Shown: positions 1 through 7,895 of the stretch, in pieces | Numbering within the stretch: position 1 is the first letter of the stretch | Layout: the number at the start of each line of letters is the position of its first letter | Assembly: GCA_964474315.1 (NCBI GenBank) | Contig: CAYYSX010000002.1 | Coordinates: 8,938-72,937 of the forward strand | Length of the DNA: 64,000 nt | Direction: 5' to 3' | From: an uncultured Verrucomicrobiota bacterium | GTDB taxonomy: Bacteria; Verrucomicrobiota; Verrucomicrobiia; Limisphaerales; UBA9464 | Position numbers and translations under genes: made by a program | The notes under the pieces: model-generated | Database searches by the model: none | Told to the model about the DNA's origin: nothing | Seen by the model: the letters and a program-made list of their open reading frames with translations, nothing else

Positions 1-2264
1 TCGCTGAACTTGTAATCGGCGAAGGCTTGCGTGACTTCGCGGATCGCCTGGTCCAGTCGCAGGAGAATCCATTTGTCGTCGCTGGTGAGCAGCACGGGGT
101 TGATCTCCGCCTGGATCTGGAGCGCCTTCTCTTCGGAAGCCGCCGCAGGCTGGATGCCCGCGGGGCCAGACAGGCTGGATGCCGGCCCTCCTTGCAGTTG
201 GCGGAAGCGGCAGGCGTTCCATAGCTTGTTGCAAAAATTCCGGCCCAGCTCGACCGCCTGTTCGTCGAACAGCACATCTTGTCCCAACGGCGCCGCCCGC
301 ATGACACCAAACCGTAGCGCGTCGGCGCCGTATTTCGCGATCAGATCGAGCGGGTCGGGCGAGTTACCCAGCGACTTCGACATCTTCCGGCCCTGCTTGT
401 CGCGGATGATGCCGGTGAAATAGACATTCCGGAAGGGCATCTCGCCCATCCATTCATAGCCCGCCATGATCATGCGGGCGACCCAGAAGAAAATGATGTC
501 CGGGCCGGTGACCAGATCGGTCGTGGGATAGAAGGCCTTCAGCGTGGGATTCGCTGCATCGGTCTTCGAGTCACCCGTCCAGCCCATCGTGGCGAAGGGC
601 CACAGCCAAGAGCTGAACCAGGTGTCGAGGACGTCGGGGTCTTGGGTGAAGCCAAGTTGCTCGAGTGCGGCCGATTCCTGATCAAAATAGGTCGCTGCCC
701 AGACGGTCGGTGGACCAACAATCTTCTCAGCGTGAAAATGGGTCCAACAGCCCTCCTTACCCGAGACGCAAGGTTGAACTGCCTCGTGAAGAACAGCGTC
801 ACGAACGACTTGAGGCATCTCCGACTCGTTCGCATAGCTTTTTGTCCACACCGGAATCCGATGTCCCCACCACAACTGTCGGCTAATACACCAATCCTGG
901 AGGCCATTCATCCAGTGGTCGTACACCTTGGCCCAGCGATCCGGAAAAAAGCGCAGCGTTTCTCCGGAGAGCGCGCCCGCCCCGGGCGCAGTCGAAGGCG
1001 CCTCGCCTTCGACACTGCGGCGGCGCGATTCCTCCGAGCGGTGGTTCGTATCGACACGCCCGCTGCCGACCGGGAGCGAAGCTTCCTTCTCCCTTAGTTG
1101 ATCCACGCAACTCCGGGCCGCCTCCACGCTTGGATACTTCAGAAACCATTGCTCGCTGAGGCGCGGTTCAATCGGTACATCGGCGCGCTCACTGAAACCA
1201 ACGTTGTTGACATACGGCTCGGCTTTCTCCAATGCGCCTGCCGCCTCCAGGATCTCCGCCGCCTTCTTACGCGCCGCGAAACGATCCAGTCCGACCAGAT
1301 CCGTACCAGCTTCGGCTGTCAACTTAGCGTCGGGCGTAAGCACATCGATCACCGGCAGCCCATGCCGCAACCCAATTTCATAGTCGGCCTTGTCGTGCGC
1401 CGGCGTCACCTTCAGGACGCCGGTGCCGAACTCGAAATCGACATGATCGTCGGCGATAATCGGAATCCGCCGCTGCTCCCTCGGCACGTCGAGTGGCAAC
1501 GCTCGGTACACGTGCTTTCCAACGAGGTGTTGGTAACGCGGATCCTTCGGGTTCACCGCCACCGCGGTATCCGCCGGGATGGTCTCCGGTCGGGTCGTAG
1601 CAATGGTGAGGAACGTTCCCGGCTCCTCCACCACTTCAACCCGGAAGTGATACATGAGGCCCTTTTGCTCCTTCATGATCACTTCCTCGTCTGATAGCGC
1701 CGTCAGCGACGCCGGACACCAGTTCACCATCCGCTTGCCGCGATAGATGAGACCCTTTCGATACAAGTCCACGAACACCCGCTGCACGCAGCGGGAATAC
1801 TCGGAATCCATCGTGAACCGGGTGCGCGACCAGTCGCAGGAAGCCCCGAGGGCACGGAGTTGCTGCAAGATGATGCCACCGTACTTCTCCTTCCATTCCC
1901 AGATCTTGGCCACCAGCGCCTCACGGCCCAAATCGTCCCGATGCCGGATCTGCCCGGCTTTTTTCAGCGTTTTCTCCACCACGTTCTGGGTGGCGATTCC
2001 GGCATGGTCGGTGCCCGGCAGCCACAGGACTTCCTTCCCGTCCATGCGCGCCTTGCGGGCCAGGATGTCTTGGATGGTGTTGTTAAGAACATGGCCGAGG
2101 GTCAGGACGCCGGTAACGTTAGGCGGGGGAATAACGATAGAGTACGCGGGTCGGGTAGCGGAAACGCGCGCTGGATCGGCAGTAAAGCAACCCTGGTCCA
2201 GCCAGAACTGGTACCACTTTTCCTCCACCGCCTTCGGTTCGTAAGTCTTTGGAATCTCAGTCAT
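1..2264 (-). CDS. valS: valine--tRNA ligase (ValRS), N-terminal ~754 codons; the 3' end lies beyond the left window edge
   Basis: Own minus-strand translation from ATG at 2264-2262: MTEIPKTYEPKAVEEKWYQFW. Motifs seen: class-I HIGH-type PPPNVTGVLTLGHVLNN, WCISRQLWWGHRIP, DVLDTWFSS and KMSKSLGN. Absent from the supplied ORF track because no stop codon falls inside the window. The + strand ORFs at 27-2276 are antisense shadows. Confidence 0.9.
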   Translation of the reverse strand, partial: MTEIPKTYEPKAVEEKWYQFWLDQGCFTADPARVSATRPAYSIVIPPPNVTGVLTLGHVLNNTIQDILARKARMDGKEVLWLPGTDHAGIATQNVVEKTLKKAGQIRHRDDLGREALVAKIWEWKEKYGGIILQQLRALGASCDWSRTRFTMDSEYSRCVQRVFVDLYRKGLIYRGKRMVNWCPASLTALSDEEVIMKEQKGLMYHFRVEVVEEPGTFLTIATTRPETIPADTAVAVNPKDPRYQHLVGKHVYRALPLDVPREQRRIPIIADDHVDFEFGTGVLKVTPAHDKADYEIGLRHGLPVIDVLTPDAKLTAEAGTDLVGLDRFAARKKAAEILEAAGALEKAEPYVNNVGFSERADVPIEPRLSEQWFLKYPSVEAARSCVDQLREKEASLPVGSGRVDTNHRSEESRRRSVEGEAPSTAPGAGALSGETLRFFPDRWAKVYDHWMNGLQDWCISRQLWWGHRIPVWTKSYANESEMPQVVRDAVLHEAVQPCVSGKEGCWTHFHAEKIVGPPTVWAATYFDQESAALEQLGFTQDPDVLDTWFSSWLWPFATMGWTGDSKTDAANPTLKAFYPTTDLVTGPDIIFFWVARMIMAGYEWMGEMPFRNVYFTGIIRDKQGRKMSKSLGNSPDPLDLIAKYGADALRFGVMRAAPLGQDVLFDEQAVELGRNFCNKLWNACRFRQLQGGPASSLSGPAGIQPAAASEEKALQIQAEINPVLLTSDDKWILLRLDQAIREVTQAFADYKFS

Positions 2265-2438
2265 GTCGATATTTAGGATCCTCTGGACGGCGCGATGGCG
2301 GTCTGGAAGACAAAACAGCGTCTAGGGCAGGTCCATAAGGTCCTGCTAGAGGTGCGGAGCCTCTCACCCAGACGAGCCGCCAAACTAGCCAGCATCCGCC
2401 GACCGGGTCAAACTTCGGGTCGGAGTGGTCCAGGTTGT

Positions 2439-2568
2439 GGGCGCCTCTTGAATGGGTCCTTCCAGCAGGGGACGGGAGCGCGGGCGGCTCGCCCGCACGA
2501 CAGGGAAAGTTCCAAAATCCAAGCTCCAAGCTCCAAGCTCCAAGCTCTCGGTTCCCACCTGAACCGCC
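2439..2568 (+). repeat. Family-1 intergenic repeat, copy A (full: head + heptamer tail + GGTTCCC...GAACCGCC end)
   Basis: Head GGGCGCCTCTTGAATGGGTCCT, tail GTTCCAAAATCC(AAGCTCC)n...CTCGGTTCCCACCTGAACCGCC. Aligns by eye with the copies at 23770-23860 and 22023-22106. Confidence 0.8.
2518..2545. repeat. perfect (TCCAAGC)x4 heptamer microsatellite inside copy A
   Basis: Directly read: tccaagc tccaagc tccaagc tccaagc. A 7-nt period is incompatible with coding. It generates the spurious LELGAWSLELG-type ORF translations in the track. Confidence 0.95.
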
Positions 2569-2648
2569 ATCGAAGCTGGGCGTTGGGGCCAGGGCATCTG
2601 TCGCGCCGCGTCCCACTCGGGCGGCACCGCGGACTTGGGAAGTCGGGG

Positions 2649-2705
2649 GGAGCCTTGGAGCTTGGGCTCGACCCGCCGTTGAAGGAGCAAATCAAGATGC
2701 ATCTC
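2649..2705 (-). repeat. Family-1 repeat, copy B (short subtype)
   Basis: The minus strand reads GATGCATCTTGATTTGCTCCTTCAACGGCGGGTCGAGCCCAAGCTCCAAGGCTCC. Near-colinear with copies at 55163-55226 (minus) and 13447-13511 (plus). Confidence 0.8.
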
Positions 2706-2740
2706 CCAGGTTCTCTTGGAGCGGGCCGACCGCGGAAGTG

Positions 2741-2812
2741 GAGACGAGAACCGAACCCGTCCTGATTGGAACCTCCTTGGAACTTGGAACTTGGGATTTG
2801 GAACTTCGCCCC
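2741..2812 (-). repeat. Family-1 repeat, copy C (tail-only: heptamer TTCCAAG units)
   Basis: The minus strand reads GGGGCGAAGTTCCAAATCCCAAGTTCCAAGTTCCAAGGAGGTTCCAATCAGGACGGGTTCGGTTCTCGTC. It matches the tail of copy A but has no GCATCTTGA head. Confidence 0.65.
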
Positions 2813-2825
2813 TTGGGCGTTCTCC

Positions 2826-4283
2826 TCACCCCAACACTCCGGGAATCACTTGCGCACTTCCCGCCACTCCCGTCAGCCGTTCCTGCCTCCCGCTGACTTC
2901 GAAGAACAGGTCGTCGTTCTTCAAGCCCAGCGCCGCGAGAATCGTCGCGTGCAGATCCCGGAACTGCACCGGCTGCTCCGTGGCCATCAACCCGATGTCG
3001 TCCGTCGCCCCGATCCGCTGGCCGGGCTTCACCCCGCCACCGGCCAGGAACAGGGTGAACCCGGCCGCGTTGTGCTGACGACCGTGGTTGTCCTGCATCA
3101 TCGGTGTACGTCCGAACTCGCTGCCGCAAATCACCAACGTCTCCTCCAGCAAGCCGCGCTGCTTCAGATCCGCCAGCAGCGCTGCAATCGGCTGGTCGGT
3201 CCAACGGGCGCGGGGAACATGGTTCTTCGTCAGTTCGGCATGCGCATCCCAGCCATCTTTGTCCGGCATGTCATAGACCTGCACGAACCGCACGCCCCGT
3301 TCCACCAGGCGACGCGCCAGGAGGCATTTGCGTCCAAAACTCTGGGTTCGCTTCTCGGGATGCTCCAGCCCATAGCTCCGGCGCAGACCCGGCGGTTCCC
3401 GCTCGACATCCCCCACCTCCAGGGCCGCCGATTGCATGCGATACGCCAGTTCGTAGCTGGCGATCCGCGCCTCCAGCTCGGTGAAACCCGGTCGGGCAGC
3501 GCGATGCCGGAGATTGAGTTCGCGGATGAGATCCAGCGAGGCGCGTTGGCCGGCGGCAAATTCGTCGGGCGGCAGGAGGTCCAGTACCGGTACTCCGGAA
3601 TCGCGCAGACGGGTCGGCTGAAAGGCCGCGGGAAGGAATCCGTTGGTATAATTGGCGGCGCCTCCGAGTGGGCCCGCGTCGAACAGCATCACGTAGCCAG
3701 GCAAATCCTGGTTCTCCGTGCCCAATCCGTAGGTCACCCACGATCCCAGACTGGCCTTGCCGGAACGGATGTCTCCGGTGTGGAGTTGATAGCTGGCCGG
3801 GGCGTGGTTGTTGGAATCGGCCTGCAAGGAATGGATGAAGCACAGATCATCCACCTGCCGTGCCAGGTGCGGAAACAGCTCACTGACCCACATCCCGGAC
3901 TGTCCTTGTTGCGAAAACCGGAACGGACTGGCCATCAGCTCATCCTTGCAGCCGTGGAATACATTCGCGAACCGCGTCGCCTCGACCGCCTTGCGGAGGG
4001 AGTCAGGCACCGGCTTCCCATCGAGCTTCTGCAGCAGCGGTTTGTAGTCGAACGTGTCCACCGGCGAAGGACCGCCGACGAGGAACAGGAAGATCACGGA
4101 CTTCGCCCGCGGGATGAACTTGGGTGGTCGCGCGGCAAACGGATTCAGCGGATCCAGTATCACCGCCGGCGCGGCCGCCCGGGCCTGAAGCAGCGGCAGC
4201 GCTCCCAACGCCAGCGTCCCGAACCCCGCTCCCATCCGGCCGAGAAAATCCCGGCGGGTGCAGGAACAGGGGGTGACGAACAT
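2826..4283 (-). CDS. DUF1501 domain-containing protein (sulfatase-fold, Tat-signal)
   Basis: 485-aa ORF. N-terminal twin-arginine-like signal (CTRRDFLGRMGAGFGTLALGALPLL). Family-typical motifs DKDGWDAHAEL and GSEFGRTP. Confidence 0.85.
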   Translation of the reverse strand: MFVTPCSCTRRDFLGRMGAGFGTLALGALPLLQARAAAPAVILDPLNPFAARPPKFIPRAKSVIFLFLVGGPSPVDTFDYKPLLQKLDGKPVPDSLRKAVEATRFANVFHGCKDELMASPFRFSQQGQSGMWVSELFPHLARQVDDLCFIHSLQADSNNHAPASYQLHTGDIRSGKASLGSWVTYGLGTENQDLPGYVMLFDAGPLGGAANYTNGFLPAAFQPTRLRDSGVPVLDLLPPDEFAAGQRASLDLIRELNLRHRAARPGFTELEARIASYELAYRMQSAALEVGDVEREPPGLRRSYGLEHPEKRTQSFGRKCLLARRLVERGVRFVQVYDMPDKDGWDAHAELTKNHVPRARWTDQPIAALLADLKQRGLLEETLVICGSEFGRTPMMQDNHGRQHNAAGFTLFLAGGGVKPGQRIGATDDIGLMATEQPVQFRDLHATILAALGLKNDDLFFEVSGRQERLTGVAGSAQVIPGVLG

Positions 4284-4374
4284 GGAAAAAACCTACCTGG
4301 TCGTCGGTTTCTTGCGAGGCGGAACTGCTGCATTGCTCCTTTCGCGGGCGCCTCTTTAGTTGGTGTTAAAGCCG

Positions 4375-4430
4375 CGGACCGAGCCGAGCTGCCCATCCCC
4401 TTCTGCAAGTTCCAAAATCCAAGATGCACC
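4375..4430. repeat. Family-1 repeat, short copy D
   Basis: GACCGAGCCGAGCTGCCC...GTTCCAAAATCCAAGATGCACC. The CCAAAATCCAAGATGC segment is the reverse complement of the GCATCTTGGATTTTGG head. Orientation is ambiguous because the unit is quasi-palindromic. Confidence 0.55.
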
Positions 4431-4588
4431 CTCCTTTCGATGCAATACAGAACGGAAACCCTTGCCAGTCGCGTCCAGTGATTTTCACGATGGCTTGATG
4501 CGCCGCGAACCAACCATCGGCTTCAACGCAAGCCTGCACCGGATCCGGCAGAAAGGCCGGCCATGTCGAAAAGGAGATCGGGGGCCTC

Positions 4589-6361
4589 ATGCCGCATGAC
4601 ATTACTCTGATCTCCACCATCGCGGTCGGGTTCGTTCTGGCATTCGTGCTCGGCTTCATTGCCAGCCGGTTGGGACTGCCGCCGTTGGTGGGGTACCTGC
4701 TCGCTGGCGTCGCCATTGGACCGCATACTCCTGGATTCGCTGGCGACCTCGCCCTCGCCGGGCAACTGGCCGAAATTGGGGTCATGCTGCTCATGTTTGG
4801 CGTCGGCCTGCATTTCTCCATCGACGACCTCCTGGCGGTGCGCCGGGTGGCCATTCCCGGCGCGGTGGGGCAGATCCTAGTCGCCACCGCCATCACGGTC
4901 TTGATGACGACGGTCTGGGGCTGGAGTCTTGGGGCGGGCATCGTCCTGGGACTCAGTCTCTCGGTCGCCAGCACGGTGGTCCTACTCAAGGCTCTGGAAG
5001 AACGGAATGCGGTGGCCACTCCCAACGGCCGGATTGCGGTGGGTTGGCTCATCGTGGAGGACCTGGCCATGGTGTTGGCCCTCGTCTTGTTGCCGGCCTT
5101 GGCGCGAACCCTGGGCGGACAGCCGGAAACCGTGCCGCACGTCCCCGGTGCCGCGGGAGAAAGTCTGGCGCTCAACCTCGCGTTGACCCTGTTCAAGGTT
5201 ACTTCCTTCGTGGCGATGGTCCTGGTTTTTGGACCCCGGCTGTTGCCCTGGTTGTTGCGGCAGGTAGCCCGAACTGGATCCCGGGAGTTATTCACTCTCT
5301 GTGTGCTGGCGTTGGCCCTCGGCATTGCCTTCGGCTCGGCCAAGCTCTTCGGCGTCTCCTACGCTCTCGGCGCTTTCTTCGCCGGCGTCGTTCTCAGTGA
5401 ATCCGACCTCAGCCACAAAACCGCCGCCAATGTATTGCCGCTGCAGGACGCCTTCGCCGTGTTGTTCTTCGTGTCGGTCGGCATGCTGTTCGATCCCTCG
5501 ATCCTGGTCCGCGAACCCCTCAAAGTGGCCGCCGTCCTGGGACTCATCCTGATCGGCAAATCCATCGCGGCGCTCGGTATCGTCCTGGTGCTGGGCTATC
5601 CGCTGACTACCGCCCTCACGGTCGCGGCCGCCCTCGCTCAAATCGGTGAGTTCTCCTTCATTCTGGCCGGACTGGGAGTCGAGTACCAGTTGATGCCCAA
5701 AGAAGGCCTCAGTCTCGTCCTCGCCGGCGCCTTGTTGTCCATCACGCTCAACCCCTTGCACTTTGCCTTGACCGAACGGGCGATCGAAGCCATCCGCGAA
5801 AAGGCCGCTTGGCGGGACCGTTTCGAGACGCCCCGGGTCGGCCAATTGGAGCGTCTGAAACGGGATCTCGAAACGGTGCGGAAGCGGGTCGAAACGCGTG
5901 CGGCCGAGCACAAAACCTTCAGCCCGAGCGAGCTGGCCCAACGATTCCCCCTCTTCGCCGGCCTCACCGAAGACCAACGGGAAACCCTGGCGCTGCACTT
6001 CGAGAGCCGCTCCGCCCAACCCGGCGAACGCATCATCCGGGTCGGAGAACCCGCGGACTTGATCTACTTCATCTCGGCCGGGGAGGTCGAGGTGAAGGTG
6101 GCCCGTCATCGCATCAAACTTCGGCCCGGCGATTTCTTCGGGGAGATGGCGCTGCTCGGAGCCCAGGCCCGGACCGCCGACGTCACCGCACTCGACTTCT
6201 GCCGTTTCCTCACGCTCAACCGCCGCGATTTCCGCGATTTCCTGCGCCGTTATCCGCAGATCCGCGGGCAAATCGCCGCCGAGGCCGCCAACCGGGGTGA
6301 GATGAACCGGCAATTCATGGAGGAAGACGATCCCGAGCCGGAGCCGCCGACCGCGAAATGA
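4589..6361 (+). CDS. CPA2-family monovalent cation:proton antiporter (Kef/YbaL-like) with C-terminal cyclic-nucleotide-binding domain
   Basis: 590-aa ORF. Polytopic N-terminal ~390 aa with Kef-like start (ISTIAVGFVLAFVLGFIASRLGLPPLVGYLLAGVAIGP). C-terminal region has CAP/CNBD-type motifs FPLFAGLTEDQ, GDFFGEMALLG and ARTADVTA. Confidence 0.8.
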   Translation: MPHDITLISTIAVGFVLAFVLGFIASRLGLPPLVGYLLAGVAIGPHTPGFAGDLALAGQLAEIGVMLLMFGVGLHFSIDDLLAVRRVAIPGAVGQILVATAITVLMTTVWGWSLGAGIVLGLSLSVASTVVLLKALEERNAVATPNGRIAVGWLIVEDLAMVLALVLLPALARTLGGQPETVPHVPGAAGESLALNLALTLFKVTSFVAMVLVFGPRLLPWLLRQVARTGSRELFTLCVLALALGIAFGSAKLFGVSYALGAFFAGVVLSESDLSHKTAANVLPLQDAFAVLFFVSVGMLFDPSILVREPLKVAAVLGLILIGKSIAALGIVLVLGYPLTTALTVAAALAQIGEFSFILAGLGVEYQLMPKEGLSLVLAGALLSITLNPLHFALTERAIEAIREKAAWRDRFETPRVGQLERLKRDLETVRKRVETRAAEHKTFSPSELAQRFPLFAGLTEDQRETLALHFESRSAQPGERIIRVGEPADLIYFISAGEVEVKVARHRIKLRPGDFFGEMALLGAQARTADVTALDFCRFLTLNRRDFRDFLRRYPQIRGQIAAEAANRGEMNRQFMEEDDPEPEPPTAK

Positions 6362-6498
6362 AATTCCGGACAAACTGGGCTGGTTTTTTGGTGCGTTGAA
6401 TGTTATTTTGGTATTCTTGTGGTCGCACGCCGGAGCCGGTGGCGGACCTCTGTCGGATGTCCCCGGAACTCCAGCGCTGGCCCAAGTTTTCCGCACCC

Positions 6499-7482
6499 AT
6501 GTCTGAAACTTCCGTCCTTTCCTCCAGCACCGGATGGATCCGGCGTTCGCTCATCTCTCTCATTCACTGGTTTGACTCCGATTATCGGAGCCAGGAACTC
6601 GCTGCGCTCAAAGACAAGCCCGACCGCGTGGAATGGGTGCGCGCCATCCCATTCGTCATCCTGCATTTGGGCTGTTTCGGCGTGATCTGGGCCGGTTGGA
6701 GCTGGTTCGCGGTGGGGGCGGCCGTATTCCTCTATTTTGCCCGGATGTTCGCCGTCACCGGATTCTATCACCGATACTTTTCGCACCGGACCTTCTCCAC
6801 CTCTCGCGCCTGGCAGTTCGTTCTGGCGCTCTGGGGGGCGGCCTGTGTCCAGCGCGGGGCGTTATGGTGGGCCTACACCCACCGGCACCACCATCAGCAT
6901 TCGGACGAAGAGGACGACAAACATTCCCCGCGGCAGCATGGGTTTCTCTGGTCGCACATCGGCTGGATCACCAGCGCCAAGAACTTCCCCACAGACTACA
7001 GCCGGGTGAAGGATCTGGCCAAATATCCGGAACTGGTGTTCCTGAACCGCTTCGACGCTCTGGTCCCGTTCCTCTACGCGGTGTTCCTTTTCGGGTTGGG
7101 CAAACTGCTGGAGGTGTTTGCCCCCGGTTTGGGAACCAATGGCTGGCAGATGCTGGTGTGGGGCTTCTTCATCAGCACCACCGCGCTGTTCCATGGAACC
7201 TCCTGCATCAACTCCATGGCCCACGTCTGGGGACGCCGCCGATACCGCACCGGCGATGACAGCCGCAACAGCTTCATCCTGGCGCTGATTACCCTCGGCG
7301 AAGGCTGGCACAACAACCACCACCAGCACATGGGCTGTGTCCGCCAGGGCTTCTATTGGTGGGAGCTCGACATCACCTACTATCTGCTGAAAGTGATGTC
7401 CTGGACCGGCCTGATCTGGGATCTGCGTCCCGTCCCCGTCGCCGCCTACCGGCCGGAGAATCATATCCAACGGCGTCGCTAG
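6499..7482 (+). CDS. acyl-CoA/acyl-lipid delta-9-type fatty acid desaturase
   Basis: Three histidine boxes: HRYFSH, HRHHHQHSD and HNNHHQH. Membrane helices precede box 1. The maximal ORF starts at 6400; ATG at 6499 (MSETSVL...) is preferred, but the start is uncertain. Confidence 0.85.
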   Translation: MSETSVLSSSTGWIRRSLISLIHWFDSDYRSQELAALKDKPDRVEWVRAIPFVILHLGCFGVIWAGWSWFAVGAAVFLYFARMFAVTGFYHRYFSHRTFSTSRAWQFVLALWGAACVQRGALWWAYTHRHHHQHSDEEDDKHSPRQHGFLWSHIGWITSAKNFPTDYSRVKDLAKYPELVFLNRFDALVPFLYAVFLFGLGKLLEVFAPGLGTNGWQMLVWGFFISTTALFHGTSCINSMAHVWGRRRYRTGDDSRNSFILALITLGEGWHNNHHQHMGCVRQGFYWWELDITYYLLKVMSWTGLIWDLRPVPVAAYRPENHIQRRR

Positions 7483-7895
7483 TTATTTGCGCACCATAGC
7501 ACCAGGGCCATCCCCGCCGAATTCCTGGGCCACGTCGCGCGCCGACTGCTGCTGACAGGGCATCGGCGGTCACTCACGTTCCGGGCGGAATCTCCAGACG
7601 TTCCAGGCGCGTCTTGAAGTTCGAGTTTCGTTGGTCTTCTGCCCAGATCTACCAGGGCCTTGTCATCGCGCCGTCCGCTGCCCCGCGGCGTCGTTCCCAG
7701 CCACCGCAAGAGGTTGACGCGGAACTCGATCCAACCACTGACCCTCCGGACGGCGGGTGGTTTGCTGGTGGCCGGCGTTCTCCGCTTCACGGAGCACCGG
7801 CTCGGCCGTTACCGCCCGTGGCGGGGGCGCCAGTCCCGCCGCCTTGACCACCAGCAAATCCCTCGCCAGGAACCCTTCGATTTTCCGACAGGCTC

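Noticed and set aside
27-2276. Plus-strand track ORFs (31-423, 642-1097, 1098-1694, 1747-2244, 1860-2276 and others)
   Set aside because: They lie antisense to a continuous, motif-rich ValRS reading frame on the minus strand. Their translations are Arg/Pro/Ser-rich with no motifs, which is the typical high-GC shadow-ORF pattern.
2257-2896. Overlapping ORFs of 95-170 aa on both strands with LELGAWSLELG / SSKLQAPSSKLQA-type translations
   Set aside because: They are generated by the TCCAAG[C/T] heptamer repeats and the repeat-family copies. A 7-nt period shifts frame every unit, so all six frames give similar low-complexity peptides. This is not coding sequence.
2766-4481. 571-aa plus-strand ORF
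   Set aside because: It is antisense to the DUF1501 gene, which has clear family motifs and a Tat signal. The 571-aa product is Arg/Gln/Pro-rich with no motif.
4366-6496. Minus-strand ORFs of 325 aa (4366-5343) and 402 aa (5288-6496)
   Set aside because: They are antisense shadows of the CPA2 antiporter/CNBD gene and their translations lack any recognisable domain.
7483-7895. Small ORFs (7479-7790 minus, 7614-7847 plus, 7660-7899 plus, 7663-7857 minus) in the 410-nt gap after the desaturase gene
   Set aside because: They mutually overlap in several frames, have Arg/Pro-rich translations without motifs, and none has a convincing start context. I cannot exclude a small gene, but I cannot support one.
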